Shown here in pieces: positions 1 through 7,592 of a stretch of 28,925 bases of DNA (positions are counted from its first letter, which is position 1; each line of letters starts with the position of its first letter). The translations under genes and the position numbers were made by a program. This DNA is from a virus (Duplodnaviria > Caudoviricetes), in the IMG/VR virus record IMGVR_UViG_3300006191_000021, positions 1-28,925 of that record. One strand, given 5' to 3'. The notes beneath the pieces were generated by a model. That model searched no databases, had not been told where the DNA came from, and saw only the letters and a program-made list of their open reading frames with translations.

Positions 1-315
1 TGCAACCAGGGAAAAAGCTTGGCAAAGAACCGCTCCAAGCGGCTCCAGCGTCACCTTTGGCTCCACATTGAAAAGCGCATCAAGGAGAAGGTCGGTGAGA
101 CTGCTACCTTGGCCGTAGCTGTCCTAGAGAAGCTGATGCGCGAAGCTGACTCAGAGAACGTCAGGCTCAATGCTGCAAGGGACATTTTGTCTAGGGCAGG
201 TTACGACGCAGTCCACAAGCAGGAAACTACGGTCAAAGAGGTCAATGAGCTGTCTGACGACGAGCTAGATGCACAGATAGCCTTGCTGAGCAATGTAGTT
301 AAAATCGGTGGATAA
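1..315 (+). CDS. terS: Terminase small subunit, 5' partial
   Basis: The frame is open to the window edge. The helical 'SENVRLNAARDILSRAG' segment and 'ELSDDELDAQI' tail are typical of TerS, and the ORF overlaps the start of the large terminase. Confidence 0.7.
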   Translation, partial: CNQGKSLAKNRSKRLQRHLWLHIEKRIKEKVGETATLAVAVLEKLMREADSENVRLNAARDILSRAGYDAVHKQETTVKEVNELSDDELDAQIALLSNVVKIGG

Positions 316-1750
316 ATCAGCTGTCCTAGAGCTTCTGCGCGAGAAAGAGCATCGACAGGTAACAACCAGGATCAAGCAGTACAAGCCCTACGACTACCAG
401 ACTAAGTTCCACATGGAGGGCAATACTGGCGCACAGCGCATCCTGATGGCGGCTAACCGGGTAGGTAAAACCTACTGTGGTGCTGTAGAAACGGCATACC
501 ATCTTACAGGTGATTATCCCGATTGGTGGCAAGGACGCAGGTTCAATAAACCAGTGCGTGTCTGGGCAGCTGGTGAATCCAACGATACCACCAGAGACAT
601 CATCCAGAAGGAACTCTTTGGTAATCCCCAAGACCCTAGTCTTAAGGGAACGGGCGCTGTACCATTAGCCAATATTGTAGAAACCACGCGCAAACCCGGT
701 GTTCCCAATGCATTCAGCAGTGTATTGGTCCTGCACAAATCGGGGGGTAACTCCCAGATCAGCTTCAAGGCCTATGAGCAGGGTTTTGAGAAGTTCATGG
801 GCGAGGCCATAGATGTTGTCTGGCTGGATGAGGAACCTAAGCAGGAAATCTTCAGTCAGTGCATCACCAGAACAGCTGATACCAATGGTATAGTCTACAT
901 GACGTTCACCCCTGAGCGTGGGATGACCAACGTGGTCAGTGCGTTCCTGAATGACCTTAAACCGGGGCAGAGCATAACCACGGCTACGTGGGACGATGTA
1001 GATCACCTTGATGAGAAGACCAAGGAACAGTTGCTGGCTGTCTATAGTCCAGCAGAACGAGACATGCGTTCCAAGGGTATCCCTGTGTTTGGCTCAGGGC
1101 TTGTCTATCCGGTCAGTGAAGAAGATGTAGTCTGTGAAGATTTTGACCTTCCAGAACATTTTCCTAGGTTGGCAGCAATTGACTTTGGTTTCGATCATCC
1201 AACAGCCGTCACTTGGGTGGCCTATGATGCAGATGACGACATAATTTATGTCTATGACGAATACAGGCGGTCAAAGGAAACACCATTGACACACGCCGCT
1301 GTGGTAAACGCCAGGACTCCTGGTATCCCCGTAGCCTTCCCGCACGATGGTCTACAGCACGATAAGGGGTCTGGGATACAGCTAGCACAGCAGTACAGGG
1401 ACTTAGGTGTCTGTATGCTGGTTAGTCATTTTAGCAACCCGCCAGCAGAAGGAGACAGTGGAAGTGGTAAAGGTAACAACTCTATTGAAGCGGGGATCAG
1501 CGAGCTTCTGCAACGCTTTGAAACTGGTCGGTTACAAATTTTTGAGTCCTGTCAAGAAACTCTTGAAGAGCTTAGGCTCTATCACAGGAAAAATGGAAAA
1601 GTGGTTGCTATCAAAGACGACCTTCTAAGCTCGATGCGCTATGCAGCGCTCAGTGTAGGACGTTTTGGAGAGCAGCTAAAAAATAAATCTATGTACCGTA
1701 AATATAGTTACGATACCGAAATAAAATATTCAAACGTAGGGATAGTCTGA
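308..1750 (+). CDS. terL: Terminase large subunit (P22 gp2-like)
   Basis: Walker A 'AANRVGKT', Walker B 'VVWLDEEP', motif III 'MTFTP' and RNase H-like nuclease 'AIDFGFDHPTA' ... 'KDDLL'. Confidence 0.95.
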   Translation: MDKSAVLELLREKEHRQVTTRIKQYKPYDYQTKFHMEGNTGAQRILMAANRVGKTYCGAVETAYHLTGDYPDWWQGRRFNKPVRVWAAGESNDTTRDIIQKELFGNPQDPSLKGTGAVPLANIVETTRKPGVPNAFSSVLVLHKSGGNSQISFKAYEQGFEKFMGEAIDVVWLDEEPKQEIFSQCITRTADTNGIVYMTFTPERGMTNVVSAFLNDLKPGQSITTATWDDVDHLDEKTKEQLLAVYSPAERDMRSKGIPVFGSGLVYPVSEEDVVCEDFDLPEHFPRLAAIDFGFDHPTAVTWVAYDADDDIIYVYDEYRRSKETPLTHAAVVNARTPGIPVAFPHDGLQHDKGSGIQLAQQYRDLGVCMLVSHFSNPPAEGDSGSGKGNNSIEAGISELLQRFETGRLQIFESCQETLEELRLYHRKNGKVVAIKDDLLSSMRYAALSVGRFGEQLKNKSMYRKYSYDTEIKYSNVGIV

Positions 1751-1881
1751 TGAGCTTGTATGCCAACATGAACAAACGTAAAAAAGCAGGGACTTCTCGG
1801 TCCAAAAAGAAAAGCACGATTACTCCCAAAGCCTACGCTAGCATGAAAGCTGGATTTCCCAAGAAAAAGAAAAAGGCTTAG
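1750..1881 (+). CDS. Small Lys-rich hypothetical protein (43 aa), not in the ORF track
   Basis: The ATG at 1750 overlaps the terL stop (TGATG). It translates as MSLYANMNKRKKAGTSRSKKKSTITPKAYASMKAGFPKKKKKA and ends 4 nt before the portal start. Confidence 0.75.
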   Translation: MSLYANMNKRKKAGTSRSKKKSTITPKAYASMKAGFPKKKKKA

Positions 1882-1885
1882 TATT

Positions 1886-3907
1886 GTGGCTAGAGAACTA
1901 GACGATCAGGAAATCCTATCGCTGGTAGATAGCGAGATCAATGGTAGTTCAGACTATCTAGACTCTGAGATTAGCGCCCAGCAAGCTACTGCTATGGAGT
2001 ATTTCTATGGTGAACCCTTTGGCAACGAGGAAGATGGTCGTAGCCAAGTAGTTGTCACCGATGTTCAAGACACCCTGATGTGGATGATGCCTAGCTTGAT
2101 GCGTATCTTCACCGCTGGGGACAAGGTTGTAAAGTACATCCCCGAAGGACCGGAAGATGTAGAAACAGCAGAGCAAGCCACTAATTACGTAAACCATGTG
2201 TTCTACAAGCAGAACGATGGATTTATGATCCTGTATAATATGTTCCTCGATGCCCTGATGCAAAAGGTCGGGGTGGTCAAGCACTACTGGGAAGACGTAG
2301 AAAAGACCACAACTGAGTCCTATGAGAACCTGACTGATCAGGAGTTTAACCTTCTTGAACAGGACGAAGAACTAGAGATTATCGAACACGAAGAAACAGT
2401 AAATATCATAGACATTCCTGCTCCTATGCAGGGAGAGACTATGGAAATGGAAGAAATATCTCACGATGTTACCTATGCTAGAACTACTATGGACGGCAAG
2501 GTAACTATAGAAAACGTACCACCAGAAGAGTTTCTAATTGACCGTGGTGCTAAGACTCTGGAAGATGCACGCTTTATTTGTCACCGTTCGCACAAGTCTA
2601 GGTCTGATCTTATAGCAATGGGCTATGACGCAGACTTGGTAGATAGCTTGCCCGGCTATACTAGTGGGGCAGACGATGTAACGACTAGCCAAGAGTACAT
2701 GGCGCGTCATTCTTATGACTCTACTAATGCGTACCCTAACCAAGCAGCAGTTGACTCTGAAGTCTTGGTGATGGTTAACGAATCGTACATGAAGCTTGAC
2801 ATGGACGGGTCTGGTATAAGTGTCCTGCACAGGATTCTTAGCAGTGGTTCAGAAGTACTAGACTGTGAGCCTATTGACTACATCCCGTTCAGCTCTGTCT
2901 GTCCTATTCCGATCCCGCATAAGTTCTACGGGCTTAGTGTAGCAGAAACGGTACAGGACATTCAGTTAATCAGGTCTACCCTGACGCGCAACCTGCTAGA
3001 CAATATGTACTTGGCAAACAATGGCAGGTTCCAGATCGTTGAAGGACAGGTCAACGTAGACGACTTGCTGACCAGCCGTCCCGGTGGCATTGTCCGTACA
3101 CGTAGCCTGAACGCTCTCCAGCCTATCCAGACCCCCGCTTTGCAGCCAGCAGCGTTCCAGATGCTTGAATATTGGGACGCTATCAAGACGGGACGCACAG
3201 GGGTCAACCCACAGACGCAAGGTCTTTCAGCAGACGTACTGAAGACACATGTGACCACGGGTGCTGTTACCGCCGCTATGACGAACTCTCAGGGGCGCTT
3301 GGAGCTTATCGCCAGGATATTTGCAGACACTGGTGTTCGCAACATGTTTAAGCAGATATACAATCTTATCCAGCGCTATGAGAATCGTAAGAAAGTAGTC
3401 AGATTTAACAATACCTATACAGAGATTGATCCGTCCAGTTGGCGGGAAGACTTGGATGTTAGCATAGAAGTAGGTGTAGGTTACGGAGATCAGGATATCA
3501 GGCTACAGAACATTAGCAACTTTGCCAGCTTGATTGAAAAAGTAGGCGACAAGACGGAAGGAATTGTCCAAGCGGATAATGTCTATAACTTGGTCAAAGA
3601 AATTGCCGACGAGATGGGCATCAAAAATGTAGACAAGTTTGTAACTCAGCCGCCTCCGCCACAGCCTAAGCAGCCTAGCCCACAGGAACAGCTAGCACAG
3701 GCGCAAGCACAGGCTATGCTCACACAGGCACAGGCTAGCCAGCTAGAAGCTGAAGTAAAAGCTAAGGAGCTTGAAATTAAAGCTGCCAAACTAGAACTAG
3801 AACGTGTTGAAGTTGAACACGACATGGCTATGAAACGCGAAGAGCTTAAGCTTAAGGGTATTGAGCTTGGATTTGAAATGAACTCCGACAAAAACATAAA
3901 GGCTTAG
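1886..3907 (+). CDS. Portal protein
   Basis: 673 aa, directly after the terminase. 'YFYGEPFGNEEDGRSQVV', 'IENVPPEEFLID' and 'PIPHKFYGLS' segments plus a Pro/Gln-rich linker and C-terminal coiled coil match P22-like podovirus portals. Confidence 0.9.
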   Translation: MARELDDQEILSLVDSEINGSSDYLDSEISAQQATAMEYFYGEPFGNEEDGRSQVVVTDVQDTLMWMMPSLMRIFTAGDKVVKYIPEGPEDVETAEQATNYVNHVFYKQNDGFMILYNMFLDALMQKVGVVKHYWEDVEKTTTESYENLTDQEFNLLEQDEELEIIEHEETVNIIDIPAPMQGETMEMEEISHDVTYARTTMDGKVTIENVPPEEFLIDRGAKTLEDARFICHRSHKSRSDLIAMGYDADLVDSLPGYTSGADDVTTSQEYMARHSYDSTNAYPNQAAVDSEVLVMVNESYMKLDMDGSGISVLHRILSSGSEVLDCEPIDYIPFSSVCPIPIPHKFYGLSVAETVQDIQLIRSTLTRNLLDNMYLANNGRFQIVEGQVNVDDLLTSRPGGIVRTRSLNALQPIQTPALQPAAFQMLEYWDAIKTGRTGVNPQTQGLSADVLKTHVTTGAVTAAMTNSQGRLELIARIFADTGVRNMFKQIYNLIQRYENRKKVVRFNNTYTEIDPSSWREDLDVSIEVGVGYGDQDIRLQNISNFASLIEKVGDKTEGIVQADNVYNLVKEIADEMGIKNVDKFVTQPPPPQPKQPSPQEQLAQAQAQAMLTQAQASQLEAEVKAKELEIKAAKLELERVEVEHDMAMKREELKLKGIELGFEMNSDKNIKA

Positions 3908-3910
3908 ACT

Positions 3911-4213
3911 ATGGCATACCAAAATTATATTGCTTCTAGAATTATTAGCAGTGCAAACGTGAGCAGCAGTGGCACAAGCGGACAGAGCGGACGCGCTCCG
4001 TTTGGTTGCACCATTGTCAGGATCGCTACGAGTGCTAATGTAAACATTGTCATCAACGGTAACCCTACGGCCACGGCAGCGGGTACCTTGATAGCACCAG
4101 CAGATTCAGACTGCTTTGTCATTAGGGGTGATAGCTCTCCTACTGCATCTGACGGTGAAAAAGTAGCTACCATTGGTACAGCAACGGTTAATTTTACCTT
4201 CTTGGAGGGTTAA
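3911..4213 (+). CDS. Small beta-rich putative virion protein
   Basis: 100 aa, Ser/Thr/Ala-rich, tightly packed between the portal and the tail fibre. Function is inferred from position only. Confidence 0.55.
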   Translation: MAYQNYIASRIISSANVSSSGTSGQSGRAPFGCTIVRIATSANVNIVINGNPTATAAGTLIAPADSDCFVIRGDSSPTASDGEKVATIGTATVNFTFLEG

Positions 4214-5239
4214 ATGGCTACTAACAAAAAGATCACTGATCTTACAGAACTTTCAGAGTCAGAACTGTCAGACGATGATGTTCTTGCCATTGTAGACATC
4301 AGTGCTGGTACGACCAACAAGGTACGTAAGTCAACATTGGCCTCTGCATTGTCAGGTGTCGCTAGCATCACCGCTACCAGCCCCATAGCTGTTAATCAGT
4401 CTACAGGTTCTGTGGTGGTCAGCACAGCAACAATCCCAATTACCAAGGGCGGTACTGGGCAGACCAGTGCTAGTGCTGCTCTTGCTGCGTTGGGTGGCAT
4501 CAGTGATCCTACTACCACTCGCGGTGATATAATTGCCAAGGGTGCTTCAGCCCTTGGTAGGCTTGCCATAGGTGCAAACAATACCGTACTCCGCTCTGAC
4601 GGTACTGATCCTGAATGGGGAGCAGTAGCTGCTAGTGAGATAACAGGTACATTACCAATAGCCAATGGTGGTACAAACGCTACCAGCGCCAGTGCTGCAC
4701 GAACTTCCTTGGGTTTGGTAATTGGTACAGACGTAGCTGCCGCAGGGGCCAATAGTGATATCACATCTATCACGGGTCTTACAACCGATCTTACCGTAGC
4801 ACAGGGCGGCACAGGGGCTAGTACAGCAGCAGCTGCTCGTACAAACCTAGGTCTGGTCATTGGCACTAATGTAGAAGCGTTTGATGCTGATATTGTCAGG
4901 TCTGACACTACAGATGAGCTAACTGCTGGTTATACTAGTGCAGCATCCGATGCTGGCACAAAAGCGTCCGGCACATTTACGCCTAATCCCCAGACTTCTA
5001 ATTTTCAACACGCTACAAACGGCGGCGCTCACATATTGGCCCCTCCTGCTTTTAACTGCACAATGGTTATTTTGTACAAAAACAATGCAAGTGCGGGTGC
5101 CATCGCTACGTCTGGTTTTACACAAGTGGACGGTGACGATCTAACCACCACGGACGGTCATGAATTTTTTATGTACATCACACGGTATAACGATGGAGCA
5201 GCAACTTTTTCAGTGCTGACAGTTAAGGCGCTTCAATAA
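4214..5239 (+). CDS. Tail fibre protein
   Basis: N-terminal 'KKITDLTEL..DDVLAIVD' fibre-type start, three 'xxxxGGTxxxxAxAAxxxLG' repeats, and Ala/Thr/Gly-rich composition. Confidence 0.8.
   Translation: MATNKKITDLTELSESELSDDDVLAIVDISAGTTNKVRKSTLASALSGVASITATSPIAVNQSTGSVVVSTATIPITKGGTGQTSASAALAALGGISDPTTTRGDIIAKGASALGRLAIGANNTVLRSDGTDPEWGAVAASEITGTLPIANGGTNATSASAARTSLGLVIGTDVAAAGANSDITSITGLTTDLTVAQGGTGASTAAAARTNLGLVIGTNVEAFDADIVRSDTTDELTAGYTSAASDAGTKASGTFTPNPQTSNFQHATNGGAHILAPPAFNCTMVILYKNNASAGAIATSGFTQVDGDDLTTTDGHEFFMYITRYNDGAATFSVLTVKALQ
4433..4873 (+). repeat. Three degenerate coding repeats in the tail fibre
   Basis: IPITKGGTGQTSASAALAALG (4433), LPIANGGTNATSASAARTSLGLVIGTDV (4652) and LTVAQGGTGASTAAAARTNLGLVIGTNV (4790). 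Confidence 0.8.
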
Positions 5240-5240
5240 G

Positions 5241-5999
5241 ATGTTTATGCCAATTGCCCAAGGCGGTGCAGTGGGGGCCGCAGGTGGTTTTATTATTAAC
5301 ATTTCATCAAATACAACAAATGTAAATATACTTACCTTAGCACAAGCGGCTGGATATGACGAAAACACCGACACCACTGCAATTATTGTGAATATATTGT
5401 CTAGCGTTGCTGTCACAGCCACGTCAGGCAACCCGGCTATTCGTACAGGCGCATTGAATAATAATAGCGATCTTACAATTAATGTCGCCAGTGGTGCATC
5501 AGTAACTGGCGTTACAGGAAGCCAAGGCGCAAACGGTTCAAGTGCTGGATCAGCAGGGTCAGCGGGCGGAGTTGGCGGTCAAGGCATCTTTTTCCATGCC
5601 GACTTGAGTTCTGGCTCAGGTGCTTACCTTATAGACAATGATGGAACGGTAAGCGGCGGACGTGGAGGCGGCGGTGGTTTTGGTAAAGGTGGTCTTGGTG
5701 GAACTAGGCGGACAGTTGTTGCTGGCGGTAAGGGCTACAGTTGCAACCTTCCGCTCGTCTATGGAGCGTCGGGCGCTGATGGCACTGCTGGGTCTGCGGG
5801 TGGTTTAGGCGCAGCGGGAAATGCGGGAACGGCAGGTGCTACCGGAAGTAACCCTAGTGTTGTTGATTGTCCTCTTGTCGGTGCTGCTCAGGGTGGCGGT
5901 GCCGGAGGGCTTGGCGCAGCAGGTGGAAGTTCAGTAGTGAAGCAAGGGGCAACTGTCAGTACGTCTGGTTCCGGCACATTTAACGGGGGAATAGTGTGA
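5241..5999 (+). CDS. Glycine-rich receptor-binding/adhesin protein (gp38-like)
   Basis: Starts 1 nt after the tail fibre stop. The order 'LTINVASGASVTG..G..G', 'GGVGGQGI', 'IDNDGTVSGGRGGGGG' followed by further Gly-rich runs resembles T-even gp38 polyglycine-II adhesins. Confidence 0.65.
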   Translation: MFMPIAQGGAVGAAGGFIINISSNTTNVNILTLAQAAGYDENTDTTAIIVNILSSVAVTATSGNPAIRTGALNNNSDLTINVASGASVTGVTGSQGANGSSAGSAGSAGGVGGQGIFFHADLSSGSGAYLIDNDGTVSGGRGGGGGFGKGGLGGTRRTVVAGGKGYSCNLPLVYGASGADGTAGSAGGLGAAGNAGTAGATGSNPSVVDCPLVGAAQGGGAGGLGAAGGSSVVKQGATVSTSGSGTFNGGIV

Positions 6000-6811
6000 A
6001 AATTCTTATACCTTTTTCTGGGGGTATCAACAGTACGTATTCCCTGTGGCGCTATCTCGCCGAAACTGACCACGAAATCCATGTGTATCGCTTCACTGAA
6101 AGTTTTGAAATACAGGACCGCAAACGAACTGCCGCGCTGGCGATGGTCGATTGGCTAAAAACTAACGTCCGCGATTTTACGTTCTGGGAAGAAACCGGGA
6201 CGCTGCCGGAACACGCTGAGCAGCTAGAGCCTGTGCGAATTGGCTTTGAGCGGACATTTAATGCCGGGGTTCTAATACCGCGCTGGGAAAAACAGGCAGC
6301 GATGCTTGACAGCGTTGAGCCTGATGCCGTCGTGCGCGGCTCCTCGCTAGAGGGGTTTGCTTTTGACGTGTACCCCGTTACTCTCGCGGACATCCGCGAC
6401 CGATTATTCAATCGGGATGTGCTGACTTTTGTCGCTGGACATCCTACGCTAGAGACTGCTATCAATTTCATGGCTCCGACTGATCCAGCGGAATGGGTCG
6501 AGCAGGTTTGGCGACCGCTGGGAGAAATAATTACCGGGCGATTTGAACAGCTAGAGGCGTTGCCTACAGCACTCCAAGACTTGCGTGAGAAAGAGTGCGA
6601 CGAGTACCATGCTCCTGTCATTGGTAACTACTGCCGCGAATGTCTGTACGACGATTTGATTGAGCGTCGAACCGATCTAACAGGCCGGGAAAAGGATCGC
6701 GAGATTGCACGGCTGGGTCAATATGACAGTGGTTATGCTAACGCAGACCGCACCGAATACCACCCACTCCCCGCAATTGCATACGCGCTAGTTGAGATCA
6801 ATGCGTATTGA
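5996..6811 (+). CDS. QueC-like PP-loop (N-type ATP pyrophosphatase) protein
   Basis: N-terminal 'KILIPFSGGINST' is a variant of the SGGxDS PP-loop. There is a Cys cluster C201-x11-C213-x2-C216 and a GTGA overlap with the upstream stop. Confidence 0.6.
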   Translation: MKILIPFSGGINSTYSLWRYLAETDHEIHVYRFTESFEIQDRKRTAALAMVDWLKTNVRDFTFWEETGTLPEHAEQLEPVRIGFERTFNAGVLIPRWEKQAAMLDSVEPDAVVRGSSLEGFAFDVYPVTLADIRDRLFNRDVLTFVAGHPTLETAINFMAPTDPAEWVEQVWRPLGEIITGRFEQLEALPTALQDLREKECDEYHAPVIGNYCRECLYDDLIERRTDLTGREKDREIARLGQYDSGYANADRTEYHPLPAIAYALVEINAY

Positions 6812-7583
6812 GAAACTCCACGATAGCCTTGGGGCAGAGGTGCTTGATATTAACCTGTCGAAACCTCTCGATTCTTGTGACCGATCCACGCTCTACGCGG
6901 CATGGTTGGAGCATCTGGTTCTTGTCTTTCGGGATCAGGAACTAACGGAAACAGATCAAGTTGAGTTTTCTAAAGTATTCGGAACGCCTAGCGTACAGGA
7001 CAAAAAACGGATTGATGGACTGCCAGAGGTTATGCTTATCGGCAATGTCCAAGGCGGTTCTTTATCAAATGGCCCGGTTCCTTTCCATAGCGACAGTTCG
7101 TTTAAGCAAAAGCCACTTAAGGCGACAGCGTTGTACAGCGTCGAAGTTCCTGACGAAGGCGGCGATACGTTGTTTGTCAACATGTACGACGTTTTCAACC
7201 AGCCAGAAATTTATCAAGACCGTGATCGCCTGAAGAAAAACGGTCGGACGGCGTTGTTCAGCTACACGCGGAGGTTTGATGGCATCAAGTTATCGGCGCG
7301 GCACCCCATAGTTCAGACACATCCTGAGACAGGTCGCGAGCTAATCTATTTGAACCGTCTGCATTCAAAAGAAATTGAGAAATTTGGCAAAGCGCATGAA
7401 ACGGACATCTGCGTCGATTGCTATCTCCACGATATTTTAAAATGGATTGAGGAAACACCAACATACCAGCACAAATGGCGGCCCGGCGATCTCATCGTCT
7501 GGGACAACCGCTGCACACAGCACGCTCGCACAAATTTTCCAACCAGTCAACGCCGCCTATTGCAACGCGTTGGCATACACTAA
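6801..7583 (+). CDS. TauD/TfdA-family Fe(II)/2-oxoglutarate dioxygenase
   Basis: 'LGAEV', 'HLVLVFRDQ', HxD motif 'FHSD', 'GGDTLF', 'HPIVQTHPETGR' and 'WRPGDLIVWDNRCTQHAR..RLLQR'. The ATG at 6801 is preferred over the TTG at 6792. Confidence 0.92.
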   Translation: MRIEKLHDSLGAEVLDINLSKPLDSCDRSTLYAAWLEHLVLVFRDQELTETDQVEFSKVFGTPSVQDKKRIDGLPEVMLIGNVQGGSLSNGPVPFHSDSSFKQKPLKATALYSVEVPDEGGDTLFVNMYDVFNQPEIYQDRDRLKKNGRTALFSYTRRFDGIKLSARHPIVQTHPETGRELIYLNRLHSKEIEKFGKAHETDICVDCYLHDILKWIEETPTYQHKWRPGDLIVWDNRCTQHARTNFPTSQRRLLQRVGIH

Positions 7584-7592
7584 GGCAAGACA

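Noticed and set aside
4214-5999. Diversity-generating retroelement or invertible fibre segment
   Set aside because: No reverse transcriptase or invertase, and no adenine-variant template repeat or inverted repeat was noticed.
5996-6811. 7-deazaguanine DNA modification pathway
   Set aside because: Only a divergent QueC-like gene is present. There is no folE, queD, queE or dpdA/tgt in the window, and the gene sits among tail genes.
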